From positions 19,716,001-19,780,000 of the forward strand of contig OZ024750.1 of NCBI GenBank assembly GCA_964016885.1: a stretch of DNA of 64,000 nucleotides, given 5' to 3'. The DNA comes from Eledone cirrhosa (taxonomy: Eukaryota). The notes beneath the pieces were generated by a model that did no database searches, was not told the DNA's origin, and saw only the letters and a program-made list of their open reading frames with translations. This document shows, piece by piece, positions 14,922 through 27,090 of the stretch; position 1 is the stretch's first letter; every line of letters starts with the position of its first letter. The translations under genes and the position numbers were made by a program.

Positions 14922-15330
14922 GTCGCCCTCGAGTGCTTCTGGTAACATGTAACCCTGTACAACCTGTTTCATCATGATCGAGTCGCATGGTGACTAAACC
15001 GGCAACCCCACCAAGCTTGCTTGGTGAGGAGGGTGATATTTGAACACCCTGCGGTATGAAATACAAAACCCAACAAAGGGGTGAGGAACTCAGCAGAGTC
15101 AACGGCAATCTGATCCGTAGTTTTGTTTTAAAAAGCTGTGGGCTGTCGTATTTTCCGTGGCAAACATTTGCACCGAAGATATGTGTCGTCAGTTCCAAAA
15201 AGTGTGGTTGGTCCTACACAAACCTTCCCACTTAAAACAAAACTTTGTGTGGGTAGTTCAACTTCAGTTCACTTTCTCACATTTCTAACTCTTGTTGGAC
15301 ACTCATACGTCGGATATCGACGGGAGAGTC
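14919..15330 (+). mobile_element. GC-richer dispersed repeat, possible RTE-type 5' UTR derivative
   Basis: Begins directly after (TA)n; homolog on the minus strand at about 31166-31312 (CTAAACCGGCAACCC, GAGGAACTCAGCAGAGTCAACGGC). Confidence 0.55.
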
Positions 15331-15510
15331 CATCATATATATATTACGAATTGTGGTCAAAAGCCGAATTTTAGGCGATAAAGTAATATTTCTATACATA
15401 CAGAGCGGGCAACCTTTTCTGTCCGAAGGATATTTTAAATATATATCATTTAGATATGTACATGTGCCAACAAATTCGAACTTTCTTGTAAACTTTTAAC
15501 GATATGATCA

Positions 15511-15552
15511 AATTTGATTGATTTCAGTTTAGCTAGGTCTTCATCAGAAGTC
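15511..15552 (-). ncRNA. Decayed hammerhead-like motif
   Basis: Minus strand: CTGATGA AG...CT GAAAT CA ATC; weak stems. Confidence 0.3.
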
Positions 15553-15846
15553 TATCTCATCTAAACAACCACAAAGAAATAGGAAATTGGGATTTTATAC
15601 CAATTTGTCCATAGTAGAATTTTGAAATATGTATTAGTTTCCATACAGTTCCAGACGAAGTGTGCCGAGCTGCCTATGTGTACGTTAAATTATATATGTA
15701 TACATACAGGTTGGGTAACCGAAACTGTGTCAATGTGTTTAAAATAATATATTTGTTTAATCTAAGTATGTTCCAGTATAGCATATGTCTTTCTGAGACG
15801 GGATAAAAGTGAGAGAGAGAAAGTGAGAAATATATATATGTAGGAA

Positions 15847-16163
<317 letters not shown>

Positions 16164-16165
16164 CA

Positions 16166-16390
16166 GATGATAATATGGACGATACAAGAGAAGAAATCCT
16201 TCATCAGTTGTAAACCGAGATCATGGATGTTTCGACACTTAATACAGGACATCTAAAAGCAATCAGCGGCGCGCTGTAGGCCAAGGCGGCTGATCGTTTT
16301 TAGATGTCCTGTATTAAGCGCCGAAACATCTATGATCTCGGTTTACAGCTGATGAAGGATTTCTTCTCTTGTTTCGTCCATATTACCATC
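16166..16390. mobile_element. Fold-back element, about 100-bp arms
   Basis: 16166-16267 pairs with 16289-16390; follows (TA)n. Confidence 0.8.
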
Positions 16391-17351
16391 TTAAACTTTG
16401 TTTACAGTAACCACAGAAATCGATTCGTTTTTTAATATATATATAGTTATGTTTGGGATTTATGAGATCGTTATCCCGTAAATAATGTTCTTTCCTCATG
16501 CATACTGCAAACTCATCAATGACTATTTGTTTTCCTCTGTGTCCCCTCGTTTTTTCTGAATTTATTTTATTTAAGAAAATCAATATTTCGTGTGTTTTTA
16601 TTCGCATTTTATACTTATCTTATATACATAGGTTATAAATTAAATTGTTCTTAGCTACCACATCTTAACATATCATCAGCATTGTTGCCGAACTATCCAT
16701 TAGGATATAATGTTGGGCTTTAATGCAAAAATGTTTCATACAGTTTATGTTTTCAAGCCAAAATTGCCTAAGATTTGTTTGTTTAAGCTTCATTTGTTGG
16801 CGTAAAGAATTTTCAGGATTTCGGCGGTTCAAAGAAGATGCGGTCATACATTTAGGATCTAGCTTTAGCTAAGATCACCCAGTGTAACCTATAACAGATG
16901 TTATTGTCTTTCAACTCCCGATATAGGCTGAAGGTTAAGTAACATTCCTACTTAAAGGATTTCGAAGCCGCTGAGAGTTCTTGTATTGACGCTGCTTAAA
17001 TCTAGTATCAGTTAACGTTAAGTAAGTTTACTGGTAGTGGATGTAGCAACCTTTCATATATAAACTATATTCATTCATAGGCATTTCCCAGGAACTATCT
17101 ACATGAATGTTTATATTACTACGGCTATGTAATTTAGCTACGTTAGATGGGGTAATGTAGTGTGCGACATTCAGAGTTGAGCAATAGCTTATTTTTAACT
17201 GTGTTTCTATTGAAAATATTATAAGAGGCCATCTAATTTTTATTTTCATAACATGCACTCTTGTAACTAAAACTTAACCCTTCTTGTGGTATAAGTGTTC
17301 TTGCCATAGGATACTTCTATGAAATGTTTACTATAGAATATATATATATAT

Positions 17352-17490
17352 AAGTTTATCCAGGGTTCAATCGGGCGTAACCATAGTGAGGTACTCAATA
17401 CATAGCAAAGTATACATTATTAATATAGAAATGGCTTCTGCAGGACTAGAATTGTTTCAGTCGGGAGAAATCGTCAGCCGCTCCCTGGCG

Positions 17491-17492
<2 letters not shown>
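17352..17492 (-). mobile_element. Family C element (homolog of 59164-59357)
   Basis: Minus strand CTGACGATTTCTCCCGACTGAAACAATTCTAGTCC...GTATTGAGTACCT...GGATAAAC; flanked by (TA)n. Confidence 0.75.
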
Positions 17493-17536
<44 letters not shown>

Positions 17537-17537
17537 C

Positions 17538-17624
<87 letters not shown>

Positions 17625-17732
17625 CATGAAGCAATCACAGGGGATAATTTGTAAAAGTGTATAAGCACACACAGTTGTGTAGGTAACTAAATATATATAT
17701 ATTATATTATATATATATATATATATGTATAT

Positions 17733-17825
<93 letters not shown>

Positions 17826-17826
<1 letters not shown>

Positions 17827-17914
17827 TGAAAAGATTATAGTAGAAGAAAGTGGTAGAAAGTTGTGGAATATTTAAATGAAAGAAGCAAAGAATATTTCAA
17901 TGATACGAAAGATT

Positions 17915-17990
<76 letters not shown>

Positions 17991-18079
17991 AATCTTTCGT
18001 ATCATTGAAATATCCTTTGCTTCTTGCATTTAAATATTCCACGACTCTCTACGACTTTTCTTCTATACAATCTTCTCAC
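17826..18079. mobile_element. Fold-back element whose loop is a (TA)n tract
   Basis: 17826-17916 pairs with 17989-18079. Confidence 0.8.
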
Positions 18080-18267
18080 GCCACCTTCTTTTCACCCCTC
18101 TATTTTTCACTAACACCCTAGTACCTTCAATAAGCCCAATATTTTTATCTAAAGCCTTGTTTTCAATTCCAACACGCCCTTCCCCTCAATCTATCCTATT
18201 TCACATTCTTTCTTCTGCTTTATCAAGCGTTAACTTAATAATTAACCTAATCCCTTCCATATACTCT

Positions 18268-18495
<228 letters not shown>

Positions 18496-18527
18496 TTACA
18501 ATAATCAAAGTTCAGTTTAAATCATTT

Positions 18528-18580
18528 ATTTGCTTACAATTGTTTCCTCCAAACCGAAGTTTGGGTTCTTTGGGGCAAAT
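18528..18580 (-). ncRNA. Decayed type I hammerhead
   Basis: ATTTGC-C CCAAAGA AC-CCAAAC TTCG GTTTGG-AG GAAAC AATT GTA A-GCAAAT; stems I, II and III present, core has two substitutions. Confidence 0.55.
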
Positions 18581-18729
18581 ATTTAGTGATCTATAACATA
18601 CTTGACCTCCCTTTCAACACCAGACACATATAAAAAAATATGCATATATTGACCCATTTGGGGTTTGTATAGAAAATATATAACCATAAAAGGTTTTATT
18701 ATATACATAACCATAAATAGTATCCTTAA

Positions 18730-18771
<42 letters not shown>

Positions 18772-18902
18772 GTGAGGTTTTTTTTACAAAATGAAAAATA
18801 ACCGAGGTGTCCTACACGAGTGAAAGTATAAAGAAAAAGAGATGAAATCGAAAATGCAACTGGAGTCTTATTTTTTTTTAAAATATATATATTTATTTGA
18901 TT

Positions 18903-18940
18903 CCTTTACCGGTTTCGCAGTTCTTCTGCTTTTCAAAAGG
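18903..18940 (-). ncRNA. Type I hammerhead ribozyme, U3-A8 variant (antisense copy)
   Basis: Reverse complement of 18986-19023. Confidence 0.65.
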
Positions 18941-18985
18941 TGAGTTGAGATGGAGGGTCTGTGGTTTTTCTCACATCTCAACTCA

Positions 18986-19023
18986 CCTTTTGAAAAGCAG
19001 AAGAACTGCGAAACCGGTAAAGG
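18986..19023 (+). ncRNA. Type I hammerhead ribozyme, U3-A8 variant
   Basis: CCTT TTGAAAA GCAG-AAGAA-CTGC GAAA CCGG TA AAGG; all three stems pair. Confidence 0.65.
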
Positions 19024-19116
19024 AACCAAATAAATATATATATTTAAAAAACAAATAAGACTCTAGTTGCATTTTCGATTTCATCTCTTTTTCTTTATAT
19101 ATATATATATATAAAT

Positions 19117-19473
19117 AAAGTGCTCAAGCGCAGAAATGGTATAAAGATAGCTTATAAAATAGGATGTAAGTAACGCTTACTTAAAGTTCACTGATACTAA
19201 ATTTAAGCAGCATCAATATATGAACCCTAATTGGTTTCGAAATCGGAAAGAAGGAGTTTTACTTCACTTTCAGCCTATATCACTAGTTTAAAAGACAATA
19301 ACATCTAATAGCCTTAAAATGCGGAAAAAGATATTGCCTTCTGACGCTTTTCGAATATAGCGTGTATCTGGAAGATATGGTGTTCATTTCCTCATAGGCA
19401 CCAATGGCATCTTTTACCGTCTTTATCCCCATTTAATTAGCTATCTTTTTACCATTTTGCGCTTGAGCACTTT
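19117..19473. mobile_element. Element with about 35-bp inverted ends between (TA)n tracts
   Basis: AAAGTGCTCAAGCGCA...GATAGCT and its complement at 19439-19473; interior 19168-19308 has an inverted homolog at about 16896-17031. Confidence 0.65.
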
Positions 19474-19533
19474 CTTGATACTTATATATATATATATATA
19501 TATGTAAAATGTAAACAGAAATAACAACACAAT

Positions 19534-19607
<74 letters not shown>

Positions 19608-19611
<4 letters not shown>

Positions 19612-19730
19612 GATAACAGGTTATCGTTATAGGTAATCCAGTTAGAGTACTCCGCCTCGTGGATAGTTTTATCATACGGCTTTGTTTGACTCAACAGGTT
19701 GTTTCCATAGTTATGCAGCGATTGACTCAA
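19608..19730 (-). mobile_element. 3' tail homologous to 42515-42650
   Basis: Shared CATxACTATGGAAAC, GAGTCAAAC, ATCCAC, CGGAGTAC and TGTTAxCCC before (TA)n. Confidence 0.65.
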
Positions 19731-19840
19731 CCTCCAGCGATTAGCGAACTCTAGACACACCTGATCAACGAAACATTTGTCCCTAATTTAAATAAAGCCC
19801 TTATTGTACAGCCAACCATGTTACTCTTCTTTCTTTAACT

Positions 19841-19959
<119 letters not shown>

Positions 19960-20043
19960 CATATATTCTCAACGTTCTCAATGATTCAAAAGCCGATAAT
20001 TCGGATCCGTTAATACACACACACACAGACATACATACACACG

Positions 20044-20161
<118 letters not shown>

Positions 20162-21675
20162 AATATACTCATATATATATATACTTATATATATATATAT
20201 ATAAAGAGAGAGAGAGAGAGAGAGAGATTTGTATATATATGTATATATGAATATATATATATATGTATGTATGTGTGCGTGTGTGTATATATGTATATAT
20301 ATATATATAAATATAAATAAATATATATATTATATATGTGTGAGTGTATGCATATGTATTATGTGTGTTTGTATGTCGGAGCATGTATGGAGTATCTCTA
20401 CATTCATAAAATATCTACAAAACGCGCACAAAATTTATGCAATAAAAACACAGACGTTGAATATAAATCGCCCTTAAAAATTCGAAATATATAATGTTGT
20501 ATTTGTTCACTTCTCAATATGTTATCTCTCATAAAATCGAAATGAGAAATTATTCTCAGAGCGATAAGTTCTTTTATCAATTTCTCCCAATTGACTTTTG
20601 GTATTTGCAATTCAGCTATTCTAAGGTGGATGCTTGCAGTAATAATGTTTCGTTTTTACATATAAATATACGGTACGTTCTCAACATTTATTTTCCCTGT
20701 TCTGCTGTATTTATATTAATTTCTACGCCATTGTTAATCAGACAATAAAATGTATTGGCGTTCTGTTACATATTCCTCATACCTCATTATTATGAAATTT
20801 ACATTCACAGGCAAATTGCATTGATAATGTTCGTTTTCTAGTAATTCATATGAGAAGCTTTCTAAGGCTACTTATTTTTTTCATCCATGAAATGCTACTG
20901 CGGGTTTTTCTGTTGCATATGTTTTATATTTATGTATTTTATGTATGTGCATATATATAAATGGATAGATAGATAGATATAGATATATATGTGTATACAT
21001 TGTATATATGTACATACATACAAGTGTATGCGTGCGCGCTTGCGTATGTGTATACTCGTATGCGTGTAGTGTATTTGTGTGTGGGGGTTTGCGCGTGTGA
21101 GTGTGTGTATGTGTGTACTATCGCTTTGCACAGAATTAATTTTGCTTTCATAGTGAAGCGAGAGCCATTGGAAATGAAATACAAACCTCTATATAGGAAA
21201 TACAAGTAACTTCGCACAGGTTGGGGTTACAGAGATGGAACCTATATATAACTACCATATATTCCGGTAAGAATAAACGTAATGTGTTGAAAAGAAATAT
21301 TTGTGATTTGCAATGGGACATTGGCTCTCAGTTTATTTCAACGAAACGCGTTTATATTTTCCGATAAACGGAACAGATTACTTCTATAATTAACTTATGA
21401 ATGATTGAACAGTCCACAGACACGTTCACACTTATTGTAGCTCCCAGAAAGTTTTAGCATGTCAAAGTGTGTGCCGTCACTGTCTGCCGTTTGAATTGTA
21501 TCTACAACCCATTTTTGTCAATTACCTTGACTGAAGGACTAAGCTACGCTCCTTAGATGAGAACTATAATTGCACACATTCGTACATAAATGCGTAAACA
21601 GATACTCACCGCTATCCACCTCCACCCCCATATATATATACATACACACATACACACACATATATATATATATAT

Positions 21676-21770
21676 ATAGGAATAAGTATGACCCCGACGG
21701 CAGAGCTCAAGCCGTTGCGGGGTCATACTTGTTCCTATTACCCACTCGTATTGAGTACTTTGGGGCGTAA
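21676..21770 (+). mobile_element. Family D fold-back element, short diverged copy
   Basis: ATAGGAATAAGTATGACCCCG ... CGGGGTCATACTTGTTCCTAT-TACCCACTC-GTATTGAGTACTTTGG. Confidence 0.75.
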
Positions 21771-22491
21771 TATATTATATATGTGTGTGTGTGTGAGTGT
21801 GTGTGTGCGCGCGCATATATAATTATATATATATATACATATTGTGACACGCACATTTATTTAAATAATGTAATTTTGTGTCAAGAATTATGGAATGTTT
21901 ATCTATTTATATTACATTGACCTTATACTAACTCCTCATTACGAATACTTTCCCCAAGTACTGCTGCTTTTGGTAGACTAGTGTGTTTTCAACTTTATAT
22001 TGTTTCTAACTTAATCTGTCATACTATCGGTTGAAAGCGGACATTAGGTCCAACATAGTGGAGGGTACGTTTTCAGAATTTCTGGATTTTCCTGTCTGCT
22101 TTAAGCATCGTTTCCTTTGTAGTTTGTTTGCGCGCTTACGTGTGTATGAGAGTACGTGTACGTGTGTGTACTTATATGCATTTTCTTTTGTTTGTATATT
22201 TATATACGTGTGTTTAATTCTCCGTGAAGGAGAAGTCTGCATATTTACAAAAGAGGAGTATATATTGTTTAGCAAATATTTCTCACTGATTTATTAATAT
22301 ATCTCTTTAAATAGAAAATTTCCGGTTCTATATTTCATGATATGTATATTAGATGTCTGATGGAATTTTTTTCCGGAATTCTCTTCATATAGTTTTTTAC
22401 AGTTTCACCGAGGATAATATATATATATTAATATATATACGTGTGTGTGTGTGGTGGGGTGGGGTGGGGGGGGTGGGGGGGTGTTGGTGTA

Positions 22492-22523
<32 letters not shown>

Positions 22524-22718
22524 TGTGTGTATGTGTAGGAAAGTAGAAAACAACAACACAGGAGTACACGTTGCAAAAGGTATTAGGTTCACGCTATATA
22601 TATATATATATATATATATAGCGTGAACACACAGATATATATATATATATATATATATATATCTATATCTATATATATATATATATATATCTGTGTGTGT
22701 GCGTGTGTGTGTAAGTTT

Positions 22719-22850
22719 GAAGGTGCCCTAGTGTTTAGAGCGTTGGATTCACAACTGTCAGGTTGTAAGTTCGAATCTCGAAACGGCTGATATGTTGTTC
22801 TTGAGCTTTATAGACACTTTATGTCATGTTGCACTAGGTATATGGACTGG
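22719..22850 (+). mobile_element. Degenerate tRNA/CORE-type SINE head
   Basis: CTAGTGTTTAGAGCG, GTTCGAATCTC, GTTCTTGAGC...GACACTTTAT; similar to 36025-36110. Confidence 0.5.
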
Positions 22851-22914
22851 AATAAAGTGAATTAGAAAACAACCGCATTTGAGGGTTTCTATCTGTCTCT
22901 CTAACTGCCTTTCT

Positions 22915-24306
22915 ACGGTGTCAGCCTACGCCGATGACGTAACAGTAATGGTGTCGACGGCCTCGGAAATCGGGGCGATCGGCACCTTACTGGAGGAGTA
23001 CGACAGGTTTACAGGGGCTAAGCTGAACCGGGACAAGTCGATCGGTCTGCAACTCGGCACGTGGAGGGGCAGATCGATGACCTCCGATGGCGTCGTTGGG
23101 CGCTGGACGGAGGGCCCGGTGAAGTTGCTCGGGGTCTGGTTCGGACTAGACCTCCAGGTGGAGAAGAACTGGGGTGAGGTAACGAACAGGGTGTTTGCAC
23201 TGACCCAGAAGTGGGCCGACTGCAAACTGTCCCTGAAAGGTCGGGCGGATGTGGCGAACACTTATATAGCGTCTGTCATCTACTACCCCCTGACCGTTGT
23301 GCCTTGCCCAAAAGAAACGCTCGCCAAAATGGAGCGCGCACTCTTCCAATTCCTTTGGAAGAAGCGGGCTCCTATGGTGAGGAGATCCATCTGCTGTCAC
23401 CCTTCGAAAGGAGGGCTGGGGATGCCGTGGCTAATTATACGTAAACACGCATTAATGCTACGGCACCTTCAGGTATTCCTCTCCGGTCAACCGGTGTGGG
23501 CCCCGTTTGTGAGGCGAGCCTTTCCCAGACTCGTCTCACTCACCGAGCTGCAATCATGGGTCAAGCAAAGACCGAGAAAACTGGGCACCTGGCACACCGA
23601 GTGTGCCCAGGCGCTCACGGCTCACTGGCAGGCGGACCCGGCTGTCAGTGGAGAATCAACCTCGTCATTCTATAAAGGGCTGGTGGTTAGCAGGTGCGAC
23701 GACGACATCGGAGAAGCCCTAGGCATGGAGGAAGACGAACTGGCCAACCTGTTCGGTAGGACATTCAGCCCGGGACCCATGGATAACTTCCAGAGGTCCC
23801 TGGCCTGGCAATGCTACAGAAGGGCTCTGCCCGTTCGAGAAAGGCTCTACAGACACGGGCACCCGGGTAGGGGCCCCTCGAAAAAGATATGTCCCAGATG
23901 CGTGTGCGACGAAGAAACCGTTGCACACGCATTGGTACACTGCTCGGGCATTGCCGATCTGTGGGGCTATGTCGAACAACTGCTGTCAAGGGTGGGACCG
24001 ATCCGGTTGACCACCGAGTCTATTTTAACGATCAAGCCGCCTCCCCTCTTCAAAAACGAAGAAGTGGCGGTGTTTCTGTGCGTAATAGCCATGGCGAAAG
24101 AGGTTATATGGTGGACGCGTCTGAAAGGACTGAGGTCAGACACCTTTCTCTCTGGCCAACAACTGGTCCGTTTTTTCCGATATCATTTCGGAAGAAGGAT
24201 CAGGATGGAGAGAGAGGTGCTGCACCCCAGCCGTTTTTATGAAAGATGGGTGAAAGTAGCGAGAATGGCCTGTGTGAATGGGCCTTCACTCTACATCAGA
24301 CTATAG
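22915..24306 (+). CDS. C-terminal half of LINE ORF2 (RT motifs onward, zf-RVT-like CCHC)
   Basis: SAYADDV, GAKLNRDKS, KLLGVWF, LSLKGR, KGGLG, CPRC...ETVAHALVHC; open frame of about 460 codons with no true start. Confidence 0.85.
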   Translation, partial: TVSAYADDVTVMVSTASEIGAIGTLLEEYDRFTGAKLNRDKSIGLQLGTWRGRSMTSDGVVGRWTEGPVKLLGVWFGLDLQVEKNWGEVTNRVFALTQKWADCKLSLKGRADVANTYIASVIYYPLTVVPCPKETLAKMERALFQFLWKKRAPMVRRSICCHPSKGGLGMPWLIIRKHALMLRHLQVFLSGQPVWAPFVRRAFPRLVSLTELQSWVKQRPRKLGTWHTECAQALTAHWQADPAVSGESTSSFYKGLVVSRCDDDIGEALGMEEDELANLFGRTFSPGPMDNFQRSLAWQCYRRALPVRERLYRHGHPGRGPSKKICPRCVCDEETVAHALVHCSGIADLWGYVEQLLSRVGPIRLTTESILTIKPPPLFKNEEVAVFLCVIAMAKEVIWWTRLKGLRSDTFLSGQQLVRFFRYHFGRRIRMEREVLHPSRFYERWVKVARMACVNGPSLYIRL

Positions 24307-24550
24307 GTGAGGAAGATGAAAGACCAAGGGAAAAGGGCTGCACACTTTTTTGGGGGGGGTGTGTGCGACCCCCCAAGGCGCCTCCTCTCTATTGAGGACT
24401 TTGTTATGAATTTTATTTTTTGTTATATTTTATTTTATTTTTATATATTGTTATTGCCTCCTCCTTATTGAGGACGCCTTGTTTTGTAAACTCCCCCCCC
24501 CCCATTGTACTTGTCCCACTTTTGATGCCCTGGTGGCAAATAAAAGAAAC
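22915..24550 (+). mobile_element. 5'-truncated L1-superfamily (Tx1-like) non-LTR retrotransposon
   Basis: GC-rich island; ORF followed by a 3' UTR ending AATAAAAGAAAC into (TCTA)n. Confidence 0.85.
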
Positions 24551-24580
24551 ATATCTATCAATCAATCTATCGATCTATCA

Positions 24581-24646
<66 letters not shown>

Positions 24647-24672
24647 TCATCTATATCTATCTGTATATCTGT
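24551..24672. repeat. (TCTA)n tract
   Basis: Read directly. Confidence 0.9.
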
Positions 24673-24983
24673 CTCACAACATATATGTTATAATATGGTG
24701 CTTTTAACTGTCATGTGTGTCACGCTGTGAAAAGGTAGTTGGAAGAATGCGTTTACGAAAGAAGAAGAGAGAAAGAAACAGGGAAAGAAAGTTAGACACG
24801 GTTGTCAGAGATGTATATAAATAAATAAATAAATAAATAAATGAATAAATACATATATATATTGCATAATATAATATAATATAACAGGGGACATATATTA
24901 CATAGTAATTTTGCCTTTAATTCCTCTCTTTCCAATAGAATATCTAGAAGTAATCGCAAGCAATACTTTTTAGTATTGTTGTT

Positions 24984-25116
24984 ATAATTGTTTCTACTCT
25001 TGGCACAAGTCCAGCAATAACCCAGTACATTACTGGTACTTTATTTTATCGACCCGTAAGGATGAAGGGCAAAGTTAACCTCGGCGGGATTTGAACTCAA
25101 AATGGCAAGGGCCGTA
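24984..25116 (-). mobile_element. SINE A, 5'-truncated
   Basis: Reverse complement of the SINE A central domain and tail. Confidence 0.85.
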
Positions 25117-26923
25117 CATATTATATAACTTGAATAACTTCATAAGAAATTAATGCATTCGTCTCTCTGATTATTAGCAACCTAACTACGACAATTTGCT
25201 TTTTGATATTTGAATTTCATTTAAATTTTCGTATATCGCTTCTGATTTAGTTTAATTCGTATTTAGAGATATATTAGCGATAATATAATTAACGGAAACT
25301 TCTATAAAATTAGTTATTAATTTCGCAAGTAAAATGTAACAGAAAACATATTCTTATTGTATTAATTTGTATTTATATCTATAGATCTCATAATTTGATA
25401 GGATCACTGTATTCAGTAAGACGTGTAATATCTTGTAACGTTATACCATTGGGTTATGTTATTCGAGATTAAGTATTCATCTCAAAGAACGAAGAAAAGA
25501 AAATGATATATTAACCGTCTTAAGTAAAGAAACGAAAATAATCTTCTGCTGAAGACATTCACATTCATAGATGCTGTATTAATACATTATTAATGACGCG
25601 AACAATTATCAGAAACCATATGGAAATTTTGTATTTTACAAAGTTTCATTTCAAATAAATGCTTTTGAAAAGTGAAAAAAAAAACAATATATGGATATTT
25701 ACAATACACGAACATAAACCGATACTTGTTGTTTTAAAAAAGATGTGATGCATATTCTATATTCTTTACATTAAATGTGATGTTAATGCTAGACAAGATT
25801 TAAATGAATTTATAGAAAATTCCAAATCATTTCATAGATTGTGTATAGACTACGATAATTAATTAATACTTCTATACTCGAAATTAGTTTAAATATAATT
25901 CTATGATAGCAGAAAACAGTATATTTAGAAAACAGTATAACATATAAAGTGCTTGTTTTATTTCTATTTTAAACGAATTTAGAATCAAAACAAAAGCATG
26001 GACGAAAACAAAAACAATTGAACAGATTTGAAAATAACTTTTAAATAAATTTACTTCAGACACCAGAATTACCAACTTTATTTCATATATTTAAAATTCT
26101 AAAGGGACATATGAATGTATGTGTTGTTGAAATTTACGCAGATTGACTCTGTGGTTACGCGATCGATCTTGCTCCATGAAACTTCTCCTGTGTTTTCTTG
26201 GCTAAAATGTTAGGGGTCAGTAAATCCCGTAGTGAAAACATATGCTCAAGTTTAAACAAACCTAATAGACAGTTACGATTCGACAAGAACAACTGGATAG
26301 CCAACACATATATTACAAACATAACATAAAGTGCTACAAAGCATTTTATACTGAGTTTTGTTGCAAGACAAATTGGAATGTTAAATATAAGATAACTCCG
26401 GAGGACAAAGAACAGTGACAGAGGAAGTGACAATAAGTGCGGAAACAATCTCCGGCAGAATCACTTCATCGTTAATGAGGCTGAGCACTGATGATGCAAG
26501 GATTGATTAAGCCCAACACACAACTAGGCAGAGGCTCAAACCGACTGAAAGATGAGCCTCAAGGTTTACAAAATAATCATTATTGAACTGTATAATTGCT
26601 GAATTCTGTCGATATAATCCTGGAGCTACAATGTCTTTTATCAACATTGTTTCCATAATAACACAATCGACACAGCATCGAACAATCATATCCAAAATCA
26701 TGTTAGCCTGATAGGTATAAAAAAGAGAAGTGATAATTATTATATTTAAAATAGTTTATATCTATTGTTAAATTATCATTTTACTACAATTATACAGAAT
26801 TATTTTAGAATTCCACTATTTATTTCAAGTGGTGGTTTATTAAAGTTATATACAGTTCACTACTGTGTCACCGATTCTTCTTTATAAGAGATGATTTGAG
26901 TGATTGGATACACACACACACAA

Positions 26924-27012
<89 letters not shown>

Positions 27013-27020
<8 letters not shown>

Positions 27021-27090
27021 TAACAGATTAAAGTTTAAGCAAAGAATCGCCGCTTTCATCCTAATTTAAGCCTCATCAGTAAATCTTTGT
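27013..27090 (-). mobile_element. Family B arm with a CTGATGA...GAAA motif
   Basis: Minus strand: CTGATGAGGCTTAAATTAGGATGAAAGCGGCGATTCTTTGCTTAAAC...TTTTAATA into (TA)n. Confidence 0.65.

Larger units (their letters stand above)
18765..19099 (-). mobile_element. Fold-back element with about 125-bp arms plus tail, between (TA)n tracts
   Basis: 18827-18952 pairs with 18974-19099; tail 18765-18826. Confidence 0.8.

Noticed and set aside
22879-22914. Listed start of the 475-aa ORF
   Set aside because: A TTG in flanking low-complexity DNA; the element is 5'-truncated and has no real start codon.
22926-24242. Overlapping alternative and antisense ORFs within the LINE
   Set aside because: Shadow frames of a GC-rich coding region.
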